Source: an uncultured Methanosarcinaceae archaeon | GTDB lineage: Archaea > Halobacteriota > Methanosarcinia > Methanosarcinales > Methanosarcinaceae | Direction of reading: 5' to 3' | DNA length: 64,000 bases | NCBI GenBank assembly: GCA_963847185.1 | Contig: CAWJYV010000008.1 | Coordinates: 544,001-608,000 of the forward strand | In this document: positions 51,402 through 62,070 of the stretch, piece after piece | Layout of the letters: each line of letters begins with the position of its first letter | Position numbering within the stretch: position 1 is the stretch's first letter | Made by a program: the position numbers and the translations under genes | Notes under the pieces: model-generated | What the model saw: the letters and a program-made list of their open reading frames with translations, nothing else | The model's database searches: none | Told to the model about the DNA's origin: nothing

Positions 51402-51848
51402 ATGACTGATTTTGGAGAGCTTGTTAGAGGCGATAGGGTAAGGGCAAATACGCCTCCAGAAATTAACCAGGCAATTGATATGGAAATAGCTGCAACTGTC
51501 CGGTATTATGCAAGTAAAACCAACTACGAAATTGGGAAAAGAATCAAAGAGCTTGATATGGAGTGGGACATCGAACGTTATCTTGAAGCTAATGCAGCTA
51601 TATTTTCTTTTATAGGAGCTGTGTTAGGTTTTAAACGGAGTAAAAACTGGTTTATTCTACCTATTTTAGTTGCGATTTTTTTGCTTCAACATGCAACACA
51701 AGGTTGGTGCCCTCCTATGGCCATATTTCGAAGAATGGGTATACGCACAAGACAGGAGATCGAAGTGGAAAAATATGCATTAAAAGCTTTGTGTAGAAAT
51801 GTCTTGTCAGGCGTTGTTCAGGAAAAACCACTGGGAACACAAATCTGA
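51402..51848 (+). CDS. DUF2892/YgaP-like membrane protein
   Basis: EWDIER, two transmembrane segments and QGWCPP. Confidence 0.75.
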   Translation: MTDFGELVRGDRVRANTPPEINQAIDMEIAATVRYYASKTNYEIGKRIKELDMEWDIERYLEANAAIFSFIGAVLGFKRSKNWFILPILVAIFLLQHATQGWCPPMAIFRRMGIRTRQEIEVEKYALKALCRNVLSGVVQEKPLGTQI

Positions 51849-52312
51849 ACTTTCCAGCTCAATATGGAATGAAGCAACAAATAAAAAAAATAATTGATTT
51901 TTACAGTAAAATAAACCAGATAGTAATTAAATCTTGATAATGAAAAGATGAGGGAAATCAAAATTTCCCACCTTATTTTTTCAATGTTCTTAAAGTACTC
52001 CACAGTACCTGTCCCTATATTAAAAATCAAAGATAATCGGACAACAATGGCTTTTGCTAATATTTTAAACAGGGCCGGGAAAGTATGTTTGGTATAAATT
52101 CCTCAAGAATATATACCACTTATTTTAAATGACTCACCTAATATCATTTTTTAAAGAGGGATATGAAGTTAGTTTTATAAATATGACTAGATCATGATAA
52201 AAGTACTAAAAAGACAGAATTTGCTTAGGGGATAACAGAAAACAGATAATTGCACCTTAGCATGCCTGACGCGACAAACAAAGTGAGCTCTTATTATCGG
52301 AGAATGTTCTAA

Positions 52313-54847
52313 ATGGAAGATAAACTGAGGAAATATAGCACCGAAAGAAAGCAATTAGAGGAGGCATCGGATCAGAGTGAACAATGTTTAAGGCGAAAAT
52401 TGGAAAACGGGATCTTATCTCCTCGAAAGATAACTGATTTGGAGCTTTCCGAGATTATTGATGTCCAGGCTATACAACCCTTGATGGACGATTTCTATAA
52501 ACTTACCCACATCCCTATAGGCTTAAACGATCTCAAAGGAAATGTTCTGGTAGGCGCCGGATGGCAGGATATATGCACCAAATTCCACAGAATTCATCCC
52601 GAAACCTGCAAGCATTGTGTAGAGAGCAACATAAAGCTATCCTTGGGCGTTACCCCTGGAGAGCTTAAGATGTATAAGTGCAAGAACAACATGTGGGACA
52701 TAGTGACCCCAATCATGGTGGGTGACCAGCATGTTGGCTATGTCTTCGCAGGACAGTTCTTCTTTGAAGACGAAACTCTGGACTATGAGCTTTTCCGATT
52801 CCAGGCCAGAAAATATGGCTTTAATGAGGAGGAATATATAGTAGCGCTTGAAAAAGTTCCACGGTTGAGCAGGGAAGCTGTGAACACAGGTATGGGCTTC
52901 TTTATGACATTTGCCAACATGCTCTCTCAGCTAAGTTACAGCAATATCAAACTTGCCCAGTCACTGGCGGAACGCGATACCCTGGTGGATAAGCTAGAGA
53001 ATAACAGGAAAGATTTCAACCGTGCCCAGGCTGTGGGAAACATCGGAAGCTGGCGTCTTGATGTATGCAAAAATGAATTAGAGTGGTCCGATGAGAATCA
53101 CTGTATTTTTGGTATCCCAAAGGGTATTCCTTTGACCTATGAGACTTTCCTTTCAACAGTTCATCCTGATGATCGGGAATACGTTGACAAAGAATGGAAG
53201 GCAGGGTTAAGGGGTGAACCATACGATCTCGAGCACCGCATTATCGTAAACAGTAAGATCAAATGGGTACGTGAAAAGGCATATCTTGAATTTGGCAAAG
53301 ATGGAGCTGTGATCGGTGGTTTCGGCATAACTCAGGATATAAACGAGCGTAAAAGAGCAGAAGAAGCTGTGAAGCTATCAAATATATATAATCGCAGTTT
53401 GATTGAAGCCAGTTTGGACCCACTTGTGACTATCGGGCCAGATGGAAAAATAACCGATGTCAATAACTCCACCGAAACAGTGACAGGTTATTCTCGAGAC
53501 AAACTCATAGGTACCGATTTCTCAGACTATTTTACTGAGCCTGAGAAAGCTAAAGAAGGCTACCAACGCGTATTTCAAGAAGGATTGGTAAGGGACTATC
53601 CCCTTGAAATTCAGAATAAAGATGGACATATAACTCCTGTTTTGTATAATGCCTCAATTTATAAGGATGAGTCTGGAAAGGTTCTTGGGATCTTTGCTGC
53701 AGCCCGTGATATTACAGAACTTGAAAAGGCAGAAAAAGCTCTAAAAAAAGCACATGATAATTTAGAAAAACTAGTTGAAGAGCGAACATCAGAGCTTGAA
53801 AAAGCTTACAACTCTTTGAAGGAAAGCGAAAAAAGTCTTTCTGAAGCTCAAAGAATGGCTCATATTGGAAATTGGGATTGGGACATTGTAAATGATAAAA
53901 TGTACTGGTCTGATGAGCTTTATCGTATTTTTGGAATTACCCCTCTAAAGTCTTTATCCTACAATGATGCTTTAAGTGCTATACACCCCGGCGATCGAAG
54001 TTATTTGGATAGTGCCATTAAGGAAGCTTTTAACGGGAAACCGTTCAGCATTAATTTTAGGGCTATCTTAGCTAATGGGGAAGAACGCATACTCCATTCA
54101 CAAGCCGAAGTTATTTTTGATGAGAAGAATGTTCCTATTCGAATGATAGGAATAGCTCAGGACATCAGTGAGCGTAAGAAGACTGAAGAAGCTATGGAAA
54201 AAATACAGGAAATGCACATAAAAGAAATCCACCATAGAATCAAGAATAACCTGCAGGTAATTTCATCTCTGCTCAGCCTCGAATCCGAAAAGTTCAGTGA
54301 TGAAAAAATGCTTGAGTCTTTCAGAGAGAGTCAAAACCGCGTAGCTTCAATGGCTCTAATTCATGAAGAACTCTATAAAGGAAACGAACTGGATACTCTT
54401 GATTTTGCAGCTTATCTTCAGAAGTTGACTGATGATCTTTTCAATTCATATAATCTTAGAAATGAAGATATCGGTTTGAAGCTAGACCTTGAAAAGATTA
54501 ATCTTGACATGGATATTGCAATACCTCTTGGTATCGTTGTCAATGAATTAGTTTCAAATTCCCTGAAACATGCCTTTCCCATTGGAAGAGCAGGCGAAAT
54601 TTGTATAAATTTATACAAAAAACCCTTTATGAGAAAAAATAGATTTCATTACATGCTTACCGTAGAGGATAACGGAAAAGGAATCCCTGAAGAAATAGAG
54701 TTTACAAATACGGATTCTCTCGGATTCCAGCTCGTAAATATTCTTGTTGAACAGATAGACGGCTATATAGAACTCATCAGGAATCACGGTACAAAATTCA
54801 TTATCCGGTTTAATAATATAGAAACACAAACTAACCATGTTTATTAA
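52313..54847 (+). CDS. Soluble PocR-PAS-PAS-PAS sensor histidine kinase (HisKA_2 type)
   Basis: PocR Cys pattern (C.KFHR...C...YKCKNNMWD), three PAS domains, EIHHRIKNNLQ, NELVSNSLKHAF and DNGKG. Confidence 0.92.
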   Translation: MEDKLRKYSTERKQLEEASDQSEQCLRRKLENGILSPRKITDLELSEIIDVQAIQPLMDDFYKLTHIPIGLNDLKGNVLVGAGWQDICTKFHRIHPETCKHCVESNIKLSLGVTPGELKMYKCKNNMWDIVTPIMVGDQHVGYVFAGQFFFEDETLDYELFRFQARKYGFNEEEYIVALEKVPRLSREAVNTGMGFFMTFANMLSQLSYSNIKLAQSLAERDTLVDKLENNRKDFNRAQAVGNIGSWRLDVCKNELEWSDENHCIFGIPKGIPLTYETFLSTVHPDDREYVDKEWKAGLRGEPYDLEHRIIVNSKIKWVREKAYLEFGKDGAVIGGFGITQDINERKRAEEAVKLSNIYNRSLIEASLDPLVTIGPDGKITDVNNSTETVTGYSRDKLIGTDFSDYFTEPEKAKEGYQRVFQEGLVRDYPLEIQNKDGHITPVLYNASIYKDESGKVLGIFAAARDITELEKAEKALKKAHDNLEKLVEERTSELEKAYNSLKESEKSLSEAQRMAHIGNWDWDIVNDKMYWSDELYRIFGITPLKSLSYNDALSAIHPGDRSYLDSAIKEAFNGKPFSINFRAILANGEERILHSQAEVIFDEKNVPIRMIGIAQDISERKKTEEAMEKIQEMHIKEIHHRIKNNLQVISSLLSLESEKFSDEKMLESFRESQNRVASMALIHEELYKGNELDTLDFAAYLQKLTDDLFNSYNLRNEDIGLKLDLEKINLDMDIAIPLGIVVNELVSNSLKHAFPIGRAGEICINLYKKPFMRKNRFHYMLTVEDNGKGIPEEIEFTNTDSLGFQLVNILVEQIDGYIELIRNHGTKFIIRFNNIETQTNHVY

Positions 54848-55175
54848 AAAGGTTAAGTGACTACAGACTTCTCCTAATGCAACTTTTGTAACAAAAGTAA
54901 AGTAATTCTACCTGCAATATTTCTTTCAATTTTAGTTAGTGCTGGCAGTGCAGCAGCTGCAACTTCGTTCAAGGGTTGCTAAGTAAGGATTAAAGGATCA
55001 ATAACGAAGAAAGCTCCAGTTATTACTACTTTCTTCTTAAGTTGTTTGAAAACTCTGGCGTTTTCCTTACTAGCATTTTCTATAACCGAATCCGGGGCAA
55101 GAAAAAGAGGGTGAAATCAGGAAGTTCTAAAGAAAAAAGATAAAGAGAAAAAGAATATCTGTACTAAATCTATCC

Positions 55176-55820
55176 TTACCATCCTCTGGAATACTCATCA
55201 TAACAGGGTATACATACTATCTCCCCGTTTTGCATTCTGGCGCGAGATTCTGCAAACATCTCATCGCACTTTGAGCATTTTACCGAATTGAAGATCCTGG
55301 CCTTATGAGGAATTTCTATGTTTACATGTTTTATGTCGAACATTTCTTCAGCAGGTGCTTTTCTCATGTACTCCGAGATATCATTCATCCGTTTCCTGAA
55401 CTCCAGTGTTTCGGATTCTGTGGCTGTTCCTGATATTACTTTGGGACGAAGCTTGCTTAACTCAGGGTCAATGCCGTCAATGTTAAAGCTGGACTTCAGT
55501 ACAACCCTGACAGCTTTGCCGCTGTCTCTACAGATAAAAGTAAAGGCCTGCTTCCCATAATCCCTGTAGATAAGGTTGCCTTTTCCAATAGTGCAGCCTG
55601 TTACAACCTGTACGGCATCGACTCCACAGGCGTCGTTTTCCACAATAGTCACAAGTTCTTCATCAATATCCCTATCAACGCAAAGTTCTTCTATTCCGGT
55701 TTTGGCGGCCATATAACCTATAGTCAGTCCCGGACATACATGCCCATGGAACTTTGCGACTTCAGAAAACTGGGCTATTTGCTGCTCTACTGCATTTTCA
55801 TTTGAACATACTCCAGACAT
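55176..55820 (-). CDS. FmdE-family protein with C-terminal Zn finger
   Basis: FHGHVCPG, CGVDAVQVVTGCTIGKGN and CSKC...CIPC motifs. Confidence 0.9.
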   Translation of the reverse strand: MSGVCSNENAVEQQIAQFSEVAKFHGHVCPGLTIGYMAAKTGIEELCVDRDIDEELVTIVENDACGVDAVQVVTGCTIGKGNLIYRDYGKQAFTFICRDSGKAVRVVLKSSFNIDGIDPELSKLRPKVISGTATESETLEFRKRMNDISEYMRKAPAEEMFDIKHVNIEIPHKARIFNSVKCSKCDEMFAESRARMQNGEIVCIPCYDEYSRGW

Positions 55821-56116
55821 ATCGATCACAAACGTTACATATATTAATACTAGATATATTTTGCTAAATAATCTGTAGCAGATATTAACATAAAAATATA
55901 AAATATTAATACTAAGCTGGAAAATGAGTTTATTAACTGCTTGGGTTTTCAGAGTAGGAATTACACAATTGAGAAAAAATAAGCACTAATAGATCTGTAA
56001 CTACCCTACATTACTTTTTCACTCTGAATTCCACAACAATGAATCATGGGTAACAAGGAAAAAAGATAGCGTTGCGATATTTTTCGTGTCTTTCTGTGTT
56101 TTCTGTAATTATCTCT

Positions 56117-56461
56117 TTAAACTTCTTTTTCTTCTTCACATATAGTATTTTTTTCATTTCTAATGAAACCTCTTGTAGTATATACGATCCACTGCCAGTG
56201 GAGAATAACATGGATGACTATAAAAATCGCTATCAAGATCCCCACTCTGCTGTGTATCCAGATCCAGGTAGCTTTTGTTAATCCCATATAGACTACATAT
56301 CGTCCCTTTGGAATCCCTGAAGGTATAAAGAAATACATGAATAAACCTGTACCTGCAACGACAAGAAATAGAATTGTCAGAATAAGGTCCATTAAGTAAT
56401 TGATTTTCGTCCGGCTTACGTTTTCACCCCATTTTCTATTTTCTTGTAAATAACCCTCCAT
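56117..56461 (-). CDS. DUF4405 family membrane protein (putative heme b-binding)
   Basis: KINYLMD...TGL...WIWIH...HVILHWQW. Start uncertain (see findings). Confidence 0.75.
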   Translation of the reverse strand: MEGYLQENRKWGENVSRTKINYLMDLILTILFLVVAGTGLFMYFFIPSGIPKGRYVVYMGLTKATWIWIHSRVGILIAIFIVIHVILHWQWIVYTTRGFIRNEKNTICEEEKEV

Positions 56462-56565
56462 AATTTTGGCATATACTGATTTTTCGACTACAAATGTCAC
56501 AGGCACTTTATCCTTGATTTTTCAAGAATCGAGGATTACGATCCGGTATCTTCGGTAATATCCGT

Positions 56566-56949
56566 TTAATGATGCGAGCAGTTGCAAGTTCCATTCATTG
56601 ATAATTCATGCAGCAATCCATTGTTATAGTCCTGGATTGCATTGGAAACCTTACCTGCTGCGCCCGCAAATACTTTTATCTTATTTTCCGCAAGCGACAT
56701 TAAAGGCCTTCCACCGATACCCAAAACTAAGACGATATCGACATTTTGCGATTTTAGAATAATCGATGGGGCAGCGCAGTTGTGTTCCCCATCAGGAGAA
56801 CTGTTTCTTATCGCTTTAATTCCCATAATACCTTTTTCCTGTACATCTACAATAGTAAAATATTCGCATGAGCCATAATGGGCACATACATCAGATTCCA
56901 GTCCAATTTCACTCATCGAAGGTATGGCAATTTTTGTCATTTTATTCAC
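56566..56949 (-). CDS. NifB/NifX-family cluster-binding protein
   Basis: KIAIP...HYGSCEYFTIVD...GIGGRP, with a C-terminal CNCSHH. Confidence 0.88.
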   Translation of the reverse strand: MNKMTKIAIPSMSEIGLESDVCAHYGSCEYFTIVDVQEKGIMGIKAIRNSSPDGEHNCAAPSIILKSQNVDIVLVLGIGGRPLMSLAENKIKVFAGAAGKVSNAIQDYNNGLLHELSMNGTCNCSHH

Positions 56950-57445
56950 TTCCTTCTTTAGTATTTACCACTGCTCTTCCCTTATTTTTGGGACAGCAGT
57001 AATCATCCTCAATAAACCTCTTTCCTCTTCCGTCGCCGCCGATGCGGTAAATTATCATAGAATCACACTTCGGACAGTTTGTAGGCCTTCTCTCGTTAAA
57101 CTGTAACTCCCAAGTATGCTCACATTTTTTGCATAGGAATTCGACCTTGCACTCGCCGCTATTTATGTAATCTCCTCCGGAGATCTCAATTGCTTTGCCA
57201 TTGACGAGGGCATCGACCACTTTTTTTCGGGCTTTTTGAAGATCGTTCCAGAAAGTTTTCCGGGAAACCCCCATTAAATCAGCAGCTTCATTTTGCTCGA
57301 CATCAAGGAGATCGCAAAGACGGATAGCTTCAAGCTCTTCTATGGACAGATTGATAATTTCGAGATCGCAGAGAGAAACTTCCCTGGGCTTGTAATAGGT
57401 GGCCTTCGGGAGACATGAGACTCTGCGCTTAACTCTGTTGACCAT
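56942..57445 (-). CDS. DUF134 (UPF0251) HTH protein with C-terminal Zn ribbon
   Basis: EELEAIRLCD...Q.EAA..MGVSRKT...ARKKV and CKKCEH...CPKC. Confidence 0.9.
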   Translation of the reverse strand: MVNRVKRRVSCLPKATYYKPREVSLCDLEIINLSIEELEAIRLCDLLDVEQNEAADLMGVSRKTFWNDLQKARKKVVDALVNGKAIEISGGDYINSGECKVEFLCKKCEHTWELQFNERRPTNCPKCDSMIIYRIGGDGRGKRFIEDDYCCPKNKGRAVVNTKEGSE

Positions 57446-57895
57446 CAAATTACACATATGAGCTGTAATATATATAGTTTTTGTAAAGGTCTTCTGCTTT
57501 GAAACTTCTTAGAATTCTGACTTTGAATGTATCATCGATGAAAAGGGAGAATGAGAAATACCATACAATTGGCAATAGTACAAACCTGCAGGAATTGGCA
57601 TGAAGAAAAATCTAAGTAGGATACAACATCAGGCTATTTTCCGTGTAAATACAACTCTGGATGAGTCCTTCGGCCAACTTCATTGAACACTTCAAGCCCG
57701 CACTTACCCGAACTTCACTTTTTATCAAGAACCTATCTATTTACTCCAGTTATTAAGTTAAATTATCCGTAATCAACTGATAACTCATAATAGATAACAC
57801 TGTTTACAAAAAAGTTATTGAAATATAAGAAATAAAGAGAAAATTTAGTTAATTTTATGTAATACTTTTCCACTATCAAATTAGAGGAAAGTAAC

Positions 57896-59107
57896 ATGAA
57901 AATATTTGCCAGTATTAAACTAAATAAAATCGTGCTAATAGGACTGCTTATTGCTGCCCTCCTTACAAGCTCAGGATGCGCGGATAAATCCGCATCTTCT
58001 GGAGAGGAAAAAGAAGTAGCGCCAGCAGAGTCTTCCAATGTTACAATGAGCAGCGGATTAGAAGAGTCCGCCGGAATCGCAATAACCGATGGTTTCGGAA
58101 GAAACGTGACTATACCTGAGAATACAGGAAAGGTAGTCTGCTCAGGAGCAGGCTGCCTTCGCTATCTTGTATACCTGCAGGTCCAGGATTATGTGGTAGG
58201 GGTTGACAGTATAGAGAAGGAAAAAAGCGAAATCGAAGGCCGTCCCTACGCTCTTGCAAACCCACAGCTCAGAGACTATCCCCTTATTGGCGAGTTCAGG
58301 GGCAAAGATGACCCTGAGAAAATAATTGCCATTGGCCCTCAGGTGATCTTTAAGACCGGCGCAACTGGCCAACCTGCAGCAGCAAATGCCGCTGATGCCG
58401 ACGCGCTTCAGAATAAAACAGGCATCCCTGTTGTAATGTTCCCTTATGGCTCTTTGAAGAACGAAAATCAGAAAGCTGAGATGTACAGCTCTTTCAGGAT
58501 AATGGGTGAGGTAGTAGGCAAGCAGGAAAGGGCAGAAGAAATAATTGCTTATATCGATGCTACCATGCAGGACCTTGAAAACAGGACTGCAGACATTCCG
58601 GAATCCGAAAGAAAGACTGTCTATGTCGGAGGGGTTAGCAGTGCGGGAGCTCACGGAATAATTTCCACAGAACCGGCTTATCCTCCATTCCTCTGGGTTA
58701 ATGCAAATAATGTTGCAGCAGGCATGGGCGCAGATCATGCTGATATTGCCAAAGAAGCTCTCATAGACTGGGACCCAGAGTATATGTTTATCGATATCGG
58801 CACCATCCAGCTAGGTAACGAAGGGGCTATAGGAGAACTCAAGAACGACACAGCTCTTACAGGGCTTTCAGCTGTAAAGAATAACAAGGTCTATGGAGTG
58901 ATCCCATACAATTACTACGGCACTAACTATGAATCAGTGCTTGCAAACGCTTACTTTGTAGGTAAAGTGCTTTATCCGGACAGATTTGAAGATATTGACC
59001 CTGAAGTCAAAGCCGACGAAATTTACACTTTCTTCCTTGGCAAATCCGTATATTCTGACCTGAACGGGCAGTATAACAACCTGGGATTCAAGCAGATTCC
59101 ACTATGA
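57896..59107 (+). CDS. Metal-chelate (Fe-siderophore/cobalamin class) ABC transporter substrate-binding lipoprotein
   Basis: SSGC lipobox; ITDGFGRNVTIP, EKII...P and AVKNNKVY motifs. Confidence 0.88.
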   Translation: MKIFASIKLNKIVLIGLLIAALLTSSGCADKSASSGEEKEVAPAESSNVTMSSGLEESAGIAITDGFGRNVTIPENTGKVVCSGAGCLRYLVYLQVQDYVVGVDSIEKEKSEIEGRPYALANPQLRDYPLIGEFRGKDDPEKIIAIGPQVIFKTGATGQPAAANAADADALQNKTGIPVVMFPYGSLKNENQKAEMYSSFRIMGEVVGKQERAEEIIAYIDATMQDLENRTADIPESERKTVYVGGVSSAGAHGIISTEPAYPPFLWVNANNVAAGMGADHADIAKEALIDWDPEYMFIDIGTIQLGNEGAIGELKNDTALTGLSAVKNNKVYGVIPYNYYGTNYESVLANAYFVGKVLYPDRFEDIDPEVKADEIYTFFLGKSVYSDLNGQYNNLGFKQIPL

Positions 59108-59123
59108 TGGAGGGTATAAAGAA

Positions 59124-60194
59124 GTGCACTTTGTTGATGGAGCAGTTCCGGAAGATTACCTCAACTATATAAGAAAAAAATACTTCTGGATAATTGGGGG
59201 GCTTCTGCTCCTTTTTTTTATGCTTATCTACTCAATTTCAGTAGGGGCAGTAATGATACCTCCTCATGAGGTACTGCAAACTCTGATGGGACAGAGTGTT
59301 TCTGTGAAATGGGACTCAATTATCTGGAATATCCGACTCCCCCAAGCCCTTGCTGCAATAGTTGCAGGTGCCGGACTTTCAGTTGCAGGAGTGGTAATGC
59401 AATCTGTCCTGCGAAATCCACTCGCGTCTCCGCTTACCCTGGGAATCTTTCACGCTGGAGCTTTCGGAGCTGCGGTTTCTGTAATTATTCTCGGGACAGG
59501 AAATATGCAATCAACCGTTGCGGACGCCGTCATAATCAACAACCCTTACCTGACCACGACGGTAGCCTTCTTTTTTTGTCTTCTGGCTACCGGGATAATC
59601 CTGTTTATTTCCCGAATCAGGGCATCTTCACCCGAAGTGATGGTACTTGCAGGCGTTGCTCTTTCTTCTCTCTTTACCGCAGGGACGATATTCCTGCAGT
59701 ACTTTGCTGACGATACTCAGCTTGCAGCGGTTGTTTTCTGGACCTTTGGTGATGTCGGAAGAGCAAACTGGCTGGAACTTAAAATTATGACAGGTGTTGT
59801 CCTGTTTGCAACTATGTTCTTCGTAGTCAACCGCTGGGACTACAATGCCATAGATGCAGGAGATGAGACAGCAAAAGGGCTCGGTGTCAATGTAGAAAGA
59901 GTCAGGATGGTCGGCATGGTTATCGCAGCGCTTGTCTCTGCTGTTATCGTTTCGTTCCTTGGAGTAATCGGGTTTGTAGGGCTGATCTGTCCGCATATGG
60001 TCAGACGGCTCATCGGAGACGACCAGAGGTACCTGATACCTGGCTCCACTGTGCTTGGAGGAATTCTCCTTCTGGTATCGGACACCGTGGCCAGGCTTAT
60101 AATAGCACCTTATGTGCTACCAGTTTCAGTGCTTACCGCTTTCATGGGAGCACCTACTTTCATTTACCTGCTTCTTAGGGGGTATAAAAGATGA
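59124..60194 (+). CDS. FecCD/BtuC-type ABC permease
   Basis: RLP, RNPLASP, GDETAKGLGV and IGFVGLICPH motifs. Confidence 0.92.
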   Translation: MHFVDGAVPEDYLNYIRKKYFWIIGGLLLLFFMLIYSISVGAVMIPPHEVLQTLMGQSVSVKWDSIIWNIRLPQALAAIVAGAGLSVAGVVMQSVLRNPLASPLTLGIFHAGAFGAAVSVIILGTGNMQSTVADAVIINNPYLTTTVAFFFCLLATGIILFISRIRASSPEVMVLAGVALSSLFTAGTIFLQYFADDTQLAAVVFWTFGDVGRANWLELKIMTGVVLFATMFFVVNRWDYNAIDAGDETAKGLGVNVERVRMVGMVIAALVSAVIVSFLGVIGFVGLICPHMVRRLIGDDQRYLIPGSTVLGGILLLVSDTVARLIIAPYVLPVSVLTAFMGAPTFIYLLLRGYKR

Positions 60195-60994
60195 TTCTTT
60201 CTGTAGAAGAACTCAAGTTTCTATATCGTAACCGTGAAATTCTCCACGAAATCGCATTTTCGATCGATGAAGGAGAAGTTGTAGCAATCCTTGGGCCCAA
60301 TGGAGTTGGAAAGACTACTCTGTTAAAATGCCTTAACCGGATCCTCCACCCGAAAGGGGGAGCAGTTCATATTGATGGAGAAAATCTCCTCGACCTCGGG
60401 ACTGTGGAGATCGCTCGCCTGATAGGATATGTCCCTCAGCGTGTAGAAACCGGAAGGCTGACAGCTTTTGATGCAGTTCTGCTAGGTCGGCGGCCCCATA
60501 TAAAATGGGATATTACCGAAAAGGATCTCAAGATCGTTGATTCGGTTTTCAGGTTACTTTCGATGGAAAAACTACGTATGTCTTATATTGATGAAATGAG
60601 TGGAGGGGAACTCCAGAAAGTTGCAATCGCACGTTCACTCGTGCAGGAACCGAAAATTCTTCTCCTTGACGAACCAACAAGCAGTCTCGACCTGAAAAAT
60701 CAGATTGAGATTCTTGCCGTAATCAGGCACATTGTCCTCGAGTACAGGATTGCAGCCATAATGACAATGCATGACCTCAACCAGGCCCTCAGGTATGCAG
60801 ATAAATTTATTCTTCTTAAAGGAGGAAGAGTTCATGCCCATGGAGGAATGGAGGTAATCACATCTGAGGTGATTGAAGAAGTCTATGGCCTGCCAGTGAT
60901 CATCGGAGAAGTTGCAGGCATGAGATGTGTGGTTCCCGGAAGCCCAGAATGGGACTGTACACGTAGCCAGCCAGAAAATGCGAGATCGATATAA
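60191..60994 (+). CDS. ABC transporter ATP-binding protein (FecE/BtuD type)
   Basis: GPNGVGKTT, MSGGELQ, LLLDEPT and HDLN motifs. Confidence 0.93.
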   Translation: MILSVEELKFLYRNREILHEIAFSIDEGEVVAILGPNGVGKTTLLKCLNRILHPKGGAVHIDGENLLDLGTVEIARLIGYVPQRVETGRLTAFDAVLLGRRPHIKWDITEKDLKIVDSVFRLLSMEKLRMSYIDEMSGGELQKVAIARSLVQEPKILLLDEPTSSLDLKNQIEILAVIRHIVLEYRIAAIMTMHDLNQALRYADKFILLKGGRVHAHGGMEVITSEVIEEVYGLPVIIGEVAGMRCVVPGSPEWDCTRSQPENARSI

Positions 60995-61136
60995 GAAATA
61001 ATGTGCAGCTGATCCTTCGACAGACAGATCCTAACGTCCAAATACATACTTTATCCCCGATAGCTCTGGCCTTTAAGATTAGCTTTAAGGTGTATGTGCA
61101 TGGAAGGGATAGGGATATTAATGGTTTTACTTATCT

Positions 61137-61250
61137 TCAGAAAGGAAATAGTTTCAATCTCAGAAAGGAAATAGTTTCAATCTCAGAAAGGAAATAGTTT
61201 CAATCTCAGAAAGGAAATAGTTTCAATCTCAGAAAGGAAATAGTTTCAAT
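61137..61250. repeat. Tandem repeat, 23-bp unit TCAGAAAGGAAATAGTTTCAATC x5
   Basis: Five head-to-tail copies with no spacers; the last copy lacks the final base. Confidence 0.95.
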
Positions 61251-61729
61251 TAGAGATCTGGTTTTCCAGATTTGAACATAACATAAGAGTGCACTCTGTA
61301 CCTGTGTAGAAGCTAACGCAATTGTCCGTTATTTCAAGCATATTGACACGCTGGTAATACATCATCTCAGACAGTTTATACTTATCTGCCCATAGGGTGT
61401 TCAAAAGGAAAGCATATACCATGGCAGGGTCCTTATGGCTGACAAAATAAGCTTGCACTGCATCGAAATATTCTTTTGATTGTATCCTTTGCACTGTTAG
61501 TCCCTATCTGTCATTAGACTGTATTAATAAATAACTTTGGGTAAGAAAAATAGCTATGAAGCGATGTCTTTTTTATGGAATCATTTTGGCTCTTCGCTGT
61601 TTTGTATGGATTGAAAATAATTGCCTGGTTGAAAAATGACTACTTCAAATGATAAACATCGATCTTGAACATGTTTTTTCCAGATAAATTATGTTCAAAC
61701 ATTACCCATATTTGGGAAGCAATTATAAA

Positions 61730-61871
61730 TTACCCACTCGAAATAGCGAAGAACCATGTTTATTTCGGCCATGAATACTGTTTTGGAGTAGTCGTTCTTG
61801 ATGGGGGAGACGAAGAAATAACAGAGCTTGATGAAGCTATAATGGCTCTCAAAGGAGTGAAATTCTCATGA
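61730..61871 (+). pseudogene. nikR: C-terminal remnant of a NikR-like nickel-responsive regulator
   Basis: [23 protein letters not shown]...IMALKGVKF resembles the NikR HxHx2Hx2CxEV...LKGV C-terminus; no RHH N-terminus was seen. Confidence 0.65.
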
Positions 61872-62070
61872 CCACAACTTTAGCATTTATAGGAAAGATC
61901 TGATTCTTCTCATTTATCCCAAAAAAACGCTAACGGTCTAAATAAATTAAAGAGAATAACCTGTGAATAACGAAGAGGTTATATCTTATAAATCCCAACT
62001 AGGTTAAACTCTTCAATGTTACAAATCCGAATAATTGTGTTAAGTTTAAAATATAATTGAGGTCTTAAAA

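Noticed and set aside
55882-55912. Canonical NikR palindrome
   Set aside because: The ATATTA and TAATAC half-sites are 19 bp apart rather than ~16, in very AT-rich DNA; kept only as weak support.
61137-61250. CRISPR array (GTTTCAAT-containing repeats)
   Set aside because: Units are head-to-tail with no unique spacers, and there are no cas genes in the window.
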